A DNA stretch of 64,000 nucleotides, taken from the NCBI GenBank assembly GCA_963662265.2, contig CAXXHA010000029.1:160954-224953 (forward strand), read 5' to 3'. This document shows positions 10,856 to 21,139 of this stretch, piece after piece. How positions within the stretch are numbered: position 1 is the first letter of the stretch; every line of letters starts with the position of its first letter. The notes beneath the pieces were generated by a model. The model searched no databases, had not been told where the DNA came from, and worked only from the letters and a program-made list of their open reading frames with translations. The position numbers and the translations under genes were made by a program. This DNA is from Spirochaetia bacterium. GTDB lineage: Bacteria; Spirochaetota; Spirochaetia; CADAEX01.

Positions 10856-11401
10856 TTGGATACAAATAAAACAGATATAATAAAAAAGTATTTCAATACA
10901 GATAATGTGATATTCAGTTTCGATAAAAAGATAAAGCTTGATGAATCTGCATATTCGCCATTTTTTATTGATATAAACGGGAATACTGTCCCATCCCGAA
11001 GAGAGGGATTTCATAAAAAAAAACAGCTCTGCAGTCTTCTTGAAAAAGAGGGAATTGATTTTGATATTGCAGCAGGAGCCGACCATTCAGGCATACCGTT
11101 TACAGTGGCTGTAAGCGGAAATTACGGTAAACCTCTTGTATATATAAGAAATTCCAACAAGAAAACACGGTAAAACAGAATAAAACAGAAGGAAGAATAT
11201 CAGGCGGAGAAGATGCTGTCCTTTTTACAGACTACTATTCATCTGAAGAAAAGATAAATTTCGCAGTTGATGCTCTCAGGGAATCTGATGTGAATATAAA
11301 AGCTGTTCTTACTGTTTTAAACTATTCAGATGAAAAAGAGTATGATGGGATAAAGATCCTTTCCCTGTTTTGATAAAGATGATTTTTTACTGATGCTGTA
11401 A
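10856..11401 (+). CDS. Divergent OPRTase-like (PyrE paralogue) protein lacking the PRPP-binding loop; frameshifted
   Basis: SD AGGAG then TTG. After homopolymer correction: SPFFID, FDIAAG..SGIP, KPLVYIRNSNKKHGKQNKTEG, AVLFTDYYSS, SLFDKDDFLLML*. Confidence 0.65.
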
Positions 11402-11412
11402 GGGATAAAAGA

Positions 11413-12129
11413 TTGGCTTCTGATGAAATAATCAGGAAGCTTGAAAAAGGCAAAGATAATGTTGCAGCATCATACAATGAAAGCATGGTAAGGGAAGGGG
11501 CTGAAATACTTCTTGAAATAAATGCTGTTTCACTCTCTGTTTCAGAGCCTTACAGGTATGCCTCCGGTATACTGAGCCCGATTTACTGCGACAACAGGCT
11601 TCTTATCTCATATCCCGATAAATGGGACAGGATTATTGATTTCATGATAAACCTGATTGAAACAAAGATAGGAATTGAAAATTTTGATATCATAGGCGGG
11701 ACATCTACGGCAGGTATTCCCCATTCAGTGAAAATAGCGGAAAGGCTAGATAAACCACTTGTTTATATAAAGTCGGATACCGGAAATACCGGCAGGATGT
11801 CTGAAATAGAAGGCAACATGGTCTCAGGCAGGAGAGTTCTTATTATTGAAGACCTTATCAGCAAGGGGGGCAGCGCGTTGAAGGCTGTCAAAATGGTAAG
11901 GGATAAAAACGGTATTGTAGATTACTGCCTTGCTATTTTTACTTATGAAATGGAAAGCAGTAAAAAGGCATTTGAAGAAAACAGCTGCAGAGTTTTTACT
12001 GTTTCAAGGTTTTCGGGGCTGATAGAAACTGCGGCTGAGAAAGAATATATAAACAGCAGCGAAATGGAAAAAGCGCTTGACTGGAACAGGGATCCTGAAA
12101 ACTGGGGGAAAAAACATGGATTTGAATAA
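11413..12129 (+). CDS. pyrE: Orotate phosphoribosyltransferase with atypical catalytic loop
   Basis: ASGILSPIYCDNR, GTSTAGIP, VLIIEDLISKGGS, AIFTY; immediately upstream of pyrF. Confidence 0.88.
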   Translation: MASDEIIRKLEKGKDNVAASYNESMVREGAEILLEINAVSLSVSEPYRYASGILSPIYCDNRLLISYPDKWDRIIDFMINLIETKIGIENFDIIGGTSTAGIPHSVKIAERLDKPLVYIKSDTGNTGRMSEIEGNMVSGRRVLIIEDLISKGGSALKAVKMVRDKNGIVDYCLAIFTYEMESSKKAFEENSCRVFTVSRFSGLIETAAEKEYINSSEMEKALDWNRDPENWGKKHGFE

Positions 12130-13066
12130 TAATTTTGCAGACAGACTGCTGAATGCTATAGATGAAAAAAAGAATCCTTCTGTAGTGGGGCTTGATCCGA
12201 ATCTTGAAAAAATGCCTCCACACATTGTTGAAAAATACCTGGGCGGCAGGGGGTTTGATCCTGAGGCCGCATCAGATGCAGTACTTGAATTCAACAGGGG
12301 AATTATTGATTCTGTATGCACAATTGTACCTGCGGTTAAGCCGCAGATTGCCTATTATGAGGTTTTCGGGGAATTCGGTATAAAGGCATTCCGTGAAACT
12401 GTGGAATATGCTAAGGAGAAATCGCTTCTTGTAATCGGCGATGCAAAGAGAAATGATATAGGATCGACATGCCAGGCCTATTCAGATGCATTTCTCGGAA
12501 AGGTTAAAATCGGAGACAGCGAAGAGGAGATTTTCGGTGTTGACTGCCTCACTGTGAACGGTTACCTGGGTTATGACGGGATTGAACCGTATATAAAAAA
12601 CTGCTCGAAATACGGCAGGGGAATATATATTCTTGTAAAGACATCGAATAAGGGATCTGAAGAATTTCAGTGTATATCATGCGAAAAAGGGACAAACTTC
12701 CAGATTATGGGAGAACTTGTATCTTCCTGGGGTGAAGAGCTTGTAGGAAAGGAAGGCTACAGCTCTGTAGGCGCTGTTGTCGGTGCAACATTTCCGGAAG
12801 AAGCTGAAATACTCAGAAAACAGATGAAAAAAACACTTTTCCTTGTTCCCGGGTACGGCGCACAGGGGGGGACTTCAGATGCTGCAGTCAACTGCTTCAA
12901 TCCTGACGGCAGAGGAGCGATTGTGAATTCATCCAGGGGAATAATATATGCGTGGATGGGTAAGGGCGATGGAAAAGACTATAAAAAATACACAGAGGAA
13001 GCTGCACTTGAAATGAAAAAAGATCTTGGAGCAGCCCTGAAAAAGGGGAATAAATACAGATGGTAG
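12116..13066 (+). CDS. pyrF: Orotidine-5'-phosphate decarboxylase (type 2)
   Basis: VVGLDP, KPQIAYYE, DAKRNDIGST, VKTSN, VGAVVGAT, LVPGYGAQGG, NSSRGI. Confidence 0.95.
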   Translation: MDLNNNFADRLLNAIDEKKNPSVVGLDPNLEKMPPHIVEKYLGGRGFDPEAASDAVLEFNRGIIDSVCTIVPAVKPQIAYYEVFGEFGIKAFRETVEYAKEKSLLVIGDAKRNDIGSTCQAYSDAFLGKVKIGDSEEEIFGVDCLTVNGYLGYDGIEPYIKNCSKYGRGIYILVKTSNKGSEEFQCISCEKGTNFQIMGELVSSWGEELVGKEGYSSVGAVVGATFPEEAEILRKQMKKTLFLVPGYGAQGGTSDAAVNCFNPDGRGAIVNSSRGIIYAWMGKGDGKDYKKYTEEAALEMKKDLGAALKKGNKYRW

Positions 13067-13347
13067 AAAATAAATCACAGAGAGCGATTATTACAGTTCT
13101 CGGGGCAGATAAAACAGGTATTATTGCAGGCGTTACAGCAAAGCTTGCCGAACTGAAAATCAATATTCTTGATATTACACAGACAACAATGCAGGACCTT
13201 TTTACAATGATTATGCTTGTGGATTTTGAAAAATCGGAAATAAGTTTTCACGATGTTGTTGAAGCACTCGAGGAGAGGGGAAAGGAGCTGAATGTTCAGG
13301 TCAGGATGCAGCATGAGGATATTTTCCATTCAATGCACAGAATCTGA
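13060..13347 (+). CDS. ACT domain protein (UPF0237)
   Basis: ITVLGADKTGIIA, NILDITQT, QHEDIFHSMHRI. Confidence 0.92.
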   Translation: MVENKSQRAIITVLGADKTGIIAGVTAKLAELKINILDITQTTMQDLFTMIMLVDFEKSEISFHDVVEALEERGKELNVQVRMQHEDIFHSMHRI

Positions 13348-13494
13348 TATATTTTCCCAGAAAAATATTTATAGATATTGAAAATATTGCTGAATAAATA
13401 TCGGGCAAACATATCTATGAAAGAATGTTAAAAAAAGAGATAACTGATTAACAATAATCAGACATGAAAAATCCAGTATCCGAGGATAAACAGA

Positions 13495-14856
13495 ATGCTT
13501 AAGACATCAGAAATAATTGAAACTATCAGGATGATTGATGAGGAGAATCTTGATATAAGAACTATTACTGCCGGAATTTCACTTCTTGACTGCGCAGACA
13601 GCAGCGGAAGCAGATCCCGGGAAAAAATATATGAGAAAATTACCAGAATTGCGGAAAATCTTGTAAAGACAGGGGAGCAGATAGAGCGGGAATATGGCAT
13701 ACCGATAATTAATAAAAGAATTTCAGTCACCCCTGTATCACTTGTTGCAGGAGCATCAGATGATACAGATTATACAGAATATGCAAAAACCCTGGACCGG
13801 GCAGCAGAGACCTGCGGTGTGAATTTCATAGGCGGTTTTTCAGCCCTTGTTCACAAGGGATTTTCAAAGGGTGACAGAATACTTCTTTCATCCATACCGC
13901 AGGCTCTTTCTGAAACAGAAAAAGTATGTTCATCTGTAAATATTGCAACTACAAGGGCAGGCATCAATATGGAAGCTGTTGCCGAGATGGGGTATATAAT
14001 CAAGAAAACAGCTGAACTCACAAAGGACAGGCAGGCGATCGGGTGCGCGAAACTCGTGGTATTTGCAAATGTACCTGAGGATAACCCTTTCATGGCAGGC
14101 GCATTCCACGGAGTGGGAGAAAGCGAGGCAGCGATAAATGTGGGAGTTAGCGGTCCCGGTGTAGTTCAGAATGCAATAAAAAAGATAGGCCCTGATGCTG
14201 ATTTCGGTCATGTATCTGAAGCGATAAAAAAAGCTGCTTTTAAAATAACCAGGGTCGGGGAACTTGTTGCAAGGGAAGCATCCAGAAGGCTTGGGATAAA
14301 TTTCGGCATAGTGGATCTTTCTCTCGCACCTACTCCTGCAAGGGGGGACAGTGTGGCACATATACTTGAGGAGATGGGGCTTGAAACCTGTGGTACTCAC
14401 GGTACAACAGCAGCACTGGCTCTTCTCAATGACGCGGTGAAGAAAGGGGGATCAATGGCTTCCTCCTATGTCGGGGGTTTAAGCGGCTCTTTCATTCCTG
14501 TCAGCGAAGACAGGGGAATGATTGATGCGGTCAAGGCTGATGTACTTACGCTTGATAAGCTTGAAGCAATGACATGTGTCTGTTCTGTGGGACTTGATAT
14601 GTTTGCAGTACCCGGAGATACAAACGCAGAGACGCTTTCAGCAATAATTGCGGATGAAGCTGCAATAGGTGTGATAAATCAGAAAACAACAGCAGTGAGA
14701 GTTATTCCTGTACCGGGAAGTAAAGAGGGCGATATGGTTGAATTCGGAGGTTTACTCGGAAGGGCGCCTGTAATGAATATACACAAGGCATCAAGCGATG
14801 TTTTTATAAGGAGAAGGGGTAGAATACCTGCTCCTATCAATGCGCTTAAAAACTGA
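13495..14856 (+). CDS. UPF0210/DUF711 (PFL-like) family protein
   Basis: [37 protein letters not shown]; usual partner of the ACT gene. Confidence 0.93.
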   Translation: MLKTSEIIETIRMIDEENLDIRTITAGISLLDCADSSGSRSREKIYEKITRIAENLVKTGEQIEREYGIPIINKRISVTPVSLVAGASDDTDYTEYAKTLDRAAETCGVNFIGGFSALVHKGFSKGDRILLSSIPQALSETEKVCSSVNIATTRAGINMEAVAEMGYIIKKTAELTKDRQAIGCAKLVVFANVPEDNPFMAGAFHGVGESEAAINVGVSGPGVVQNAIKKIGPDADFGHVSEAIKKAAFKITRVGELVAREASRRLGINFGIVDLSLAPTPARGDSVAHILEEMGLETCGTHGTTAALALLNDAVKKGGSMASSYVGGLSGSFIPVSEDRGMIDAVKADVLTLDKLEAMTCVCSVGLDMFAVPGDTNAETLSAIIADEAAIGVINQKTTAVRVIPVPGSKEGDMVEFGGLLGRAPVMNIHKASSDVFIRRRGRIPAPINALKN

Positions 14857-15007
14857 TGCCTAAATAGATATTTTTTTGATTAAGATGAATGATTGGTTTT
14901 CAGGAAAATATCTGTTCCTGGTATTAAATATGAATGTCATTTAATGATAATAAAGTCTGAATGGGAAATTATTAAAACATTTCTGTAGGAAAAATGAGGG
15001 GAATGAA

Positions 15008-15871
15008 ATGAATAAACCTGTAATGGAAGTTGCTGCTATACATGATTTATCAGGTTACGGGAGAGCATCTCTTACTGTTGCTATTCCTGTACTGTCTGCA
15101 ATGGGGATACAGGTTTGTCCTCTCCCTACATCTGTTTTATCCACACAGACAAGCGGTTTTACCGATTATTCATTTGCAGATTTTACCGATAACATGGAAA
15201 AAGTAATTCAGCACTGGAAAAAACTTGATATAAAATTTGATGCGGTTTATACAGGTTTTCTGGGTTCCGGAAGACAGATTTCAATTATTGAGGATTTTAT
15301 CAGGTTTTTCAGAAAAGAAAGGCAGATAGTTGTCGTTGATCCTGTTATGGGAGATAACGGGAAATCATATGATACAATAGATGACGGAATTATCAACGGG
15401 ATGAAGTCTCTTGTGTCTCTGGCTGATATAATAACACCTAACGTTACCGAGGCTTCAATGCTGATTGGAGAGGATGTCAGGCTGGAAAGCGATAAACACA
15501 GGAAAACAGTTCTGAAAAAACTTTCAGAAATGGGTCCTGACAGGGTTGTAATAACAAGTGTTCCTGAAAAAAACAACAGGATGTCTGTAATAGCCTATGA
15601 AAGGAATACAGAAAGCTTCTGGAAAATGGAACATAATTTTATAGATGCCTACTACCCGGGAACAGGCGATATTTTTACAAGCGTTCTGACAGGAGCTCTT
15701 CTCAACGGGGAGAGCCTGCCGATGGCTATGAACAAGGCTGTAAGCTTTCTGTCGCTGGCAATTAAAACAAGCTACGGTTATAACATTCCGAGGCGTAACG
15801 GTGTAATGTTTGAAAGAGTAATATCAGAACTTCCAAAGCAGCTTAAAGTGCTTGAATATGAAACATTCTGA
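15008..15871 (+). CDS. pdxK: Pyridoxal/pyridoxamine kinase
   Basis: HDLSGYGRASL, LPTSVLS, DPVMGDNG, ITPNVTEA, YPGTGDIF. Confidence 0.88.
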   Translation: MNKPVMEVAAIHDLSGYGRASLTVAIPVLSAMGIQVCPLPTSVLSTQTSGFTDYSFADFTDNMEKVIQHWKKLDIKFDAVYTGFLGSGRQISIIEDFIRFFRKERQIVVVDPVMGDNGKSYDTIDDGIINGMKSLVSLADIITPNVTEASMLIGEDVRLESDKHRKTVLKKLSEMGPDRVVITSVPEKNNRMSVIAYERNTESFWKMEHNFIDAYYPGTGDIFTSVLTGALLNGESLPMAMNKAVSFLSLAIKTSYGYNIPRRNGVMFERVISELPKQLKVLEYETF

Positions 15872-16763
15872 GAAAAATATGCAGATTAAAGAAAACATGA
15901 ACAGGAACGAGCCGGGAATGGTTGTCACTGATTTTGACGGCACCCTGTTCAGCGATGAAAAAAAAGTCAATGAGAAGGATTATAATACACTAGTAAGACT
16001 CGGAGAAATGGGGATAAAAAGGGTAATAGCAACAGGCCGGTCTATTTTCTCCGCATCAAAAGTCATTGAACGGGATTTTCCGATAGATTATCTTGTTTTT
16101 TCTTCCGGGGCAGGTATCATGAAATGGAAGAGCGGTGAACTGATCCGCCACTATTCAATAAAATCAGAATCAATCAGGAATATCTACAGTGTGCTTGAAA
16201 AAAGAGGAATTGATTTCATGCTGCACAAGGAAATTCCCTATAACCATTATTTTTATTCTGTGAAACAGTCAGATGAAAAAAACAGTGATTTCGAAACCCG
16301 CTGCACTCTTTACAGCGATTTTATACTTTCAGGCGGCAGAAATGAAATTTTCAAGCTTGAAAATGCCACACAGTTTCTTGCAATAAAAAGTTCAGAAGAA
16401 TTTAATAATCCTGAAAAGATTTACCACGAGATTAAAGAGAGCCTTCCTGATATGAAAGTGATAAGAGCTACTTCTCCTATAGACGGGAAATCCCTGTGGA
16501 TTGAGATTTTTCCTGTTGAAGTATCCAAGGCAAAAGCAGCTGATTTGATCTGCGGTATAAAAAGAATTGATAAAAGCAATGTCATGGTGATTGGAAATGA
16601 CTACAATGACGCTGATATGCTTAAATGGGGCGGGGATAACAGTTTTGTTGTTGAAAATGCTCCGGATGAATTTAAAAAAATATTCAGAAATGTAAGTTCA
16701 AATAATAGCTGCGGTTTTTCAGAGGCTGTGGAAAAATGGCTTTCAGGAAAAACTGAAGTCTAA
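15852..16763 (+). CDS. Cof-type HAD-IIB hydrolase
   Basis: TDFDGTL, ATGRS, VSKA, GNDYNDADM. Confidence 0.9.
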   Translation: MNMKHSEKNMQIKENMNRNEPGMVVTDFDGTLFSDEKKVNEKDYNTLVRLGEMGIKRVIATGRSIFSASKVIERDFPIDYLVFSSGAGIMKWKSGELIRHYSIKSESIRNIYSVLEKRGIDFMLHKEIPYNHYFYSVKQSDEKNSDFETRCTLYSDFILSGGRNEIFKLENATQFLAIKSSEEFNNPEKIYHEIKESLPDMKVIRATSPIDGKSLWIEIFPVEVSKAKAADLICGIKRIDKSNVMVIGNDYNDADMLKWGGDNSFVVENAPDEFKKIFRNVSSNNSCGFSEAVEKWLSGKTEV

Positions 16764-17024
16764 TACCTCCCGGTCTGGTTTACATTTTTTTACAGATATA
16801 CTTTCTGAAATAACTGGGGAGGATTATCTTCAACTTTCAGAGTGATGGATATCTGAAAAATATATCGGGAATCTTTTATTCAAAACCAACAATCATGATT
16901 TCCATTTTTCAATAAATGCTTTATCATGGATTTGAATATGCTGACATGATTATTTATATCTGCAATATACGGGACAGAGGTTTGTCAGAAAAATTAATGC
17001 TGATTTATATTACAGGGGATTTTT

Positions 17025-17558
17025 ATGGATATGAAATATGATATTAACGGAGCAATAAGAAAGGTAAAGGATTTTCCGAAAGAGGGGATACTTTTTTATG
17101 ATATAACAAGTGTGCTTTCCAATCCGGAAGCTTTTAATTACTGTCTTGATATTATGGAAGAACGTTACAGGAAAAGTCCTGTTACCAAAATAGCAGCAGT
17201 AGAGGCACGGGGATTTATATTTGCATCTCCACTTGCAGACAGGCTTAATCTTCCTCTGGTGCTTGTAAGGAAAGCAGGAAAGCTTCCGGGGGAAACTTTT
17301 TCAAAAAGCTATTCACTTGAATATGGAGAAGACAGGGTGGAAATACAGAAATGTGATGTCAGTAGTGAAGATACATTTATTGTTATTGATGATCTTATTG
17401 CTACGGGAGGCACAATCAGGGCAGCTTGTGATCTTATTTCTGAAAACGGCGGGAAAATTGAAGAAATATTTGCTCTTGTCGGACTTCCCTTTCTTAATTA
17501 TGATCAGGTGCTTAAGGATTATTCAGTTAAAACTGTTGTAAATTATGATCATGAATAG
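17025..17558 (+). CDS. apt: Adenine phosphoribosyltransferase
   Basis: DFPKEGILFYDIT, EARGFIF, RKAGKLP, YSLEYG, IDDLIATGGT. Confidence 0.95.
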   Translation: MDMKYDINGAIRKVKDFPKEGILFYDITSVLSNPEAFNYCLDIMEERYRKSPVTKIAAVEARGFIFASPLADRLNLPLVLVRKAGKLPGETFSKSYSLEYGEDRVEIQKCDVSSEDTFIVIDDLIATGGTIRAACDLISENGGKIEEIFALVGLPFLNYDQVLKDYSVKTVVNYDHE

Positions 17559-17594
17559 TTTGTATATTTTATGAAACTAGTTTTTTGATATCTA

Positions 17595-17623
17595 TTGACA
17601 TAAATATTGATTTTATGTATTTT
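17595..17623 (+). promoter_or_regulatory. Sigma70 promoter for tRNA-Gln(CTG)
   Basis: TTGACA-N17-TATTTT. Confidence 0.55.
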
Positions 17624-17712
17624 TATTTTCGAACAGAACAGATGATCTGAAGGTCACTGATTCAGTTCCTTAAAATGAATTGATTTTATAATCACTTCAT
17701 TTTAAGTCTATT

Positions 17713-17784
17713 AGCCCGATGGTGTAATTGGCAACACGCGAGATTCTGGTTCTCGTTTTGAGGGTTCAAGTCCTTCTCGGGCTG
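17713..17784 (+). tRNA. tRNA-Gln (anticodon CTG)
   Basis: AGCCCGA/TCGGGCT acceptor stem, CGAGA-TTCTGGT-TCTCG anticodon arm, GGTTCAAGTCC T-arm; CCA not encoded. Confidence 0.95.
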
Positions 17785-17792
17785 TAAAGCAT

Positions 17793-17829
17793 AACCGTTC
17801 AGTTTTGATAAGCTGAACGGTTTTTTTTT
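17793..17829 (+). terminator. Intrinsic terminator between the tRNA and the convergent kinase gene
   Basis: AACCGTTCAG...CTGAACGGTT followed by a long T run. Confidence 0.85.
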
Positions 17830-19396
17830 ACCGATTCAGGATTTTATATACCGTTTTCCTTACTTCAGAACCTGAAAAAGGTTTGTGCAGAATTCCTGTT
17901 AATTTAAATTCAGCAGGTATTCTGCTGCTGAAAGATATTAATCCTGAGCATAGTAATACAGGTACAGTTATATTGATTTCTGAAAGTTTTTTGATGAAGG
18001 AATCTGTATCTGTATTATTTATATAGATATCAGAAATTACCAGATCAAATTTATTATCAACATTTTCAATTCTTTCAAAAGCTTCATTGGGTGATGAATA
18101 AAATTCTGTCCTGTAATTGGATTTATCGAGAATACTGCGTAAAAGAGATCCCAGTGATTTATCTTCATCAATAATGATTATATTTTCCCCGGAACCGGAT
18201 AATGAATTATCCGGGATATTGATATTATCATCAGAATTATCTGAAACCGGCAGAAAAAGTGCAATTTTCGTTCCCAGTCCCGGAGCAGAATGGATAGCTA
18301 TGTTTCCCCCGTGACTCTTTATTATCCCGTATGCCAGAAACATTCCAAGGCCTGTATTACTGTTTTTCTTTGTCGTGAAAAAGGGTTCAAATATTTTTTC
18401 TTTGGTATAATTATCCATGCCGGCGCCTGTGTCACATATTTCAATTTTAAGATAATTTCCGGGACTCATATCGATATAATTATTCTGCCAGTGATAATCC
18501 AGATACTGTTTATTCAATAAGATACTGATTTCACCCTCTTTATCTCCAATGGCCTGAACTGAATTGGTACAGAGATTGAGAAGCACCTGGTAAATCTGTA
18601 CAGGGTCTGCTGAGATCTCAGAATCATCATCAATAGTTGTATTGACTACAATAGTTTCCGGCAGAGATGGAGTGATGAAATTAACTATTTCATTTATAAT
18701 CGGAGATATTCTGACAGGTTTGAAATTCTTTGTATTCCTTCTTGTAAAGGAACGGATTTCATTTACCATTGATATTCCCCTGCCGACAGCTTCTTCTATT
18801 GATTCAAGAAAGGAAATCTGTTCAACAGGATTATTAATATATTTCTGGGCCATCTGGGTATTTCCAAGTATTGCCGCAAGTATATTATTGAAATCATGGG
18901 CAATGCCGCTTGAAAGTGTTCCAAGTGCTTCCAGTTTACGTGTCTGGCTTAATCTTTTTTCATATTCAAGTTTACTCTCTTCGAGTTTTTTCAATTCTGA
19001 AATATTTATATGCGTCCCTATAATCCTGTCAAGAGAACTGTCCGGTTTTAATATTTTCAAGGCTCTTGAGAGTATCCATGAATAGGAGCTGTCTTTTTTT
19101 CTAAGTCTGAAGTAATTCTCATACAGTTCCTTTTCTTTATCATTTACAAAGTTATCGAAAGTATTAATTGCATTGTCTCTGTCTTCATCATGAAGCAATT
19201 CTATCCAGCATGTTTTTAATGAATCACTGTTAAAAGGCATAAAGCTTTCAATATTCCATCCAAGCATTGAAAAATATTCTTCGCTGAACCAGAATGAATT
19301 TGTATTCCTGTAATATTCCCATGCACCGGTCTTTGAAACACGTATGAAAGTTTTATATCTTTTTTCATTGAATTCTTTTTCATTTGCTGTTTCCAT
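17828..19396 (-). CDS. Hybrid PAS-histidine kinase-receiver (CckA-like)
   Basis: PAS (GAWEY, LLHDEDR), H-box GIAHDFNNIL, QVLLNLCTNS, DTGAGM, FEPFFTTK, C-terminal REC (DLVISD, KPF). Confidence 0.9.
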   Translation of the reverse strand: METANEKEFNEKRYKTFIRVSKTGAWEYYRNTNSFWFSEEYFSMLGWNIESFMPFNSDSLKTCWIELLHDEDRDNAINTFDNFVNDKEKELYENYFRLRKKDSSYSWILSRALKILKPDSSLDRIIGTHINISELKKLEESKLEYEKRLSQTRKLEALGTLSSGIAHDFNNILAAILGNTQMAQKYINNPVEQISFLESIEEAVGRGISMVNEIRSFTRRNTKNFKPVRISPIINEIVNFITPSLPETIVVNTTIDDDSEISADPVQIYQVLLNLCTNSVQAIGDKEGEISILLNKQYLDYHWQNNYIDMSPGNYLKIEICDTGAGMDNYTKEKIFEPFFTTKKNSNTGLGMFLAYGIIKSHGGNIAIHSAPGLGTKIALFLPVSDNSDDNINIPDNSLSGSGENIIIIDEDKSLGSLLRSILDKSNYRTEFYSSPNEAFERIENVDNKFDLVISDIYINNTDTDSFIKKLSEINITVPVLLCSGLISFSSRIPAEFKLTGILHKPFSGSEVRKTVYKILNR

Positions 19397-19452
19397 CGAT
19401 AATCAACCTTATATGAGGATATAATAATTATAAGTTTTATATATTAAAATGC

Positions 19453-19505
19453 AAAAAAAAACAGGCTGCAGATCACCGATTAATTAACGGATCAATGCTG
19501 CCTGA
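19453..19505 (-). terminator. Probable terminator of leuA-cimA
   Basis: Minus strand CAGGCAGCA..GATC / GATC.TGCAGCCTG imperfect stem followed by T9. Confidence 0.55.
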
Positions 19506-19558
19506 TATATTTCTGCTAAAAATGTTTTTATCCACCTGAATGGATGAATAATACTTTA

Positions 19559-21124
19559 TCAGTTGCCGTTGAAATTGTTGTAATAGTAGTCAAAGCTGTC
19601 TATAAGAGCTTCCCATGATGCTTCTATGATATTTTCTGAAACACCCACAGTATCCCATTCTCTCTCGTGGTCAGTAGTTGTTACAAATACTCTAACCTTT
19701 GCCGCAGATGCTGACTGGGGATCAAGTATTCGCACCTTATAGTCAATAAGGCTTATTTTCTCGAGAAAAGGGTGCTGTGGAACGAGAGCGTCTCTTAACG
19801 ACTTGTCAAGAGTATCTACAGGACCTACGCCTACAGCAGCACCCATCATGTTCATGCTTTCCGATTCCATGAAAACACGGCCGACTGTTTTACTCTGGAT
19901 AGAACCTGTCTTGAATGATTCAAGGTGGTAGTTATTGAGGTTTATTATTGGTTTATACATGCCCATGGTTTTTCTTATAAGTATGTCGAAAGAAGCTTCT
20001 GCCGCTTCATATTCATAACCGAATTCCTCTTTTTCCTTGAGAACATTGATAAGTTTTTTAACTTCAGGGCTGTTCTTGTCAAAGTTTCCGTATTTCTTGA
20101 GCTTGTTTACGATTGTGGATTTTCCCGAAAGTTCTGAAAGCAGTATCTGCCTGGAGTTCCCAACCTTGCTGCTGTCAACATGCTCCATAAGCTCAGATGC
20201 CTTTTCAATTACATCGGCGTGCTGGCCTGCCTTGTGGCTGAATGCGGCTTCTCCAACATAGGGCTGTCTTTTCTCAGGGATAATGTTTGCCATCTCATAT
20301 ACATAGCGGGAAAGAGATGTGATATTCTCTATTTCAGAATCTATGTTTGCAGAGTAATCAGATTTAAGGGAAATTGTAGGAGCAATTGAACACAGGTTTG
20401 CATTGCCGCATCTTTCTCCCCAGCCGTTTACAGTACCCTGTATATGCACAGCTCCGTAATCAAGCGAGAGGAGGGAATTCGCAACAGCTGTTCCACAGTC
20501 ATTATGAAAGTGGACTCCTACAGGAGCGAGTTTATCTATAGGTAGACTTTTCAATATGGAAATCACTTCAGAAGGGAGAACCCCCCCGTTGGTATCGCAT
20601 AAAACAAGTGCCTTTGCTCCGGCTTCGGTTGCAGTTTCAAGCACTTTAAGGCAGTAGTCGCTGTCATCCTTGAAGCCGTCGAAAAAATGTTCAAGATCGA
20701 AGAAAACCTGGCGGCCGTTTTTCTTCAGGTAATCAATTGATTCGTAAATCATTTCAAGGTTTTCAGTGTCAGTAGTCTTTATGACTTTCTCGACATGTGC
20801 CTTCCATGATTTGCCTACTATTATGATATGCTCCATATCGGAACCGAGAAGCGCATTAAGATGGCTGTCTTCCGCTGCCTTGATTTTCGGTTTCTTTGTA
20901 GACCCGAATGCTACAATCTTCGCGTGGCTGAAATTTTCCTTTTTCACCTGTTCAAAAAAAGCTGCCTCTTTTTTATTGGCAAGGGGAAAACCTCCTTCTA
21001 TATAATCGATTTTCATTTCATCAAGTTTATGTGCAATCTTTATCTTGTCAGAAAGGGTGAAATTAATTTCTATACCCTGCATCCCGTCACGTAGTGTAGT
21101 ATCATATAGGTCTATTTTCTTCAT
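19559..21124 (-). CDS. cimA: Citramalate synthase
   Basis: YDTTLRDGMQ, IEGGFP, DLEHFFDG, LCDTNGG, GERCGNAN, GYEYEAAEASF, TVGVSENIIEASW. Confidence 0.88.
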   Translation of the reverse strand: MKKIDLYDTTLRDGMQGIEINFTLSDKIKIAHKLDEMKIDYIEGGFPLANKKEAAFFEQVKKENFSHAKIVAFGSTKKPKIKAAEDSHLNALLGSDMEHIIIVGKSWKAHVEKVIKTTDTENLEMIYESIDYLKKNGRQVFFDLEHFFDGFKDDSDYCLKVLETATEAGAKALVLCDTNGGVLPSEVISILKSLPIDKLAPVGVHFHNDCGTAVANSLLSLDYGAVHIQGTVNGWGERCGNANLCSIAPTISLKSDYSANIDSEIENITSLSRYVYEMANIIPEKRQPYVGEAAFSHKAGQHADVIEKASELMEHVDSSKVGNSRQILLSELSGKSTIVNKLKKYGNFDKNSPEVKKLINVLKEKEEFGYEYEAAEASFDILIRKTMGMYKPIINLNNYHLESFKTGSIQSKTVGRVFMESESMNMMGAAVGVGPVDTLDKSLRDALVPQHPFLEKISLIDYKVRILDPQSASAAKVRVFVTTTDHEREWDTVGVSENIIEASWEALIDSFDYYYNNFNGN

Positions 21125-21139
21125 AAATCTCTCCCTTTT

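Noticed and set aside
11171-11190. TAAAACAGAA tandem repeat as a duplication scar
   Set aside because: Keeping both copies with one A removed gives HGKQNKTEG, the canonical loop length, so it is better read as coding sequence.
16764-17024. Purine riboswitch upstream of apt
   Set aside because: Hairpins are present (CCTCCCGGT/ACTGGGGAGG) but the UAUAA...AUAUGG...GUUUCUAC core is absent.
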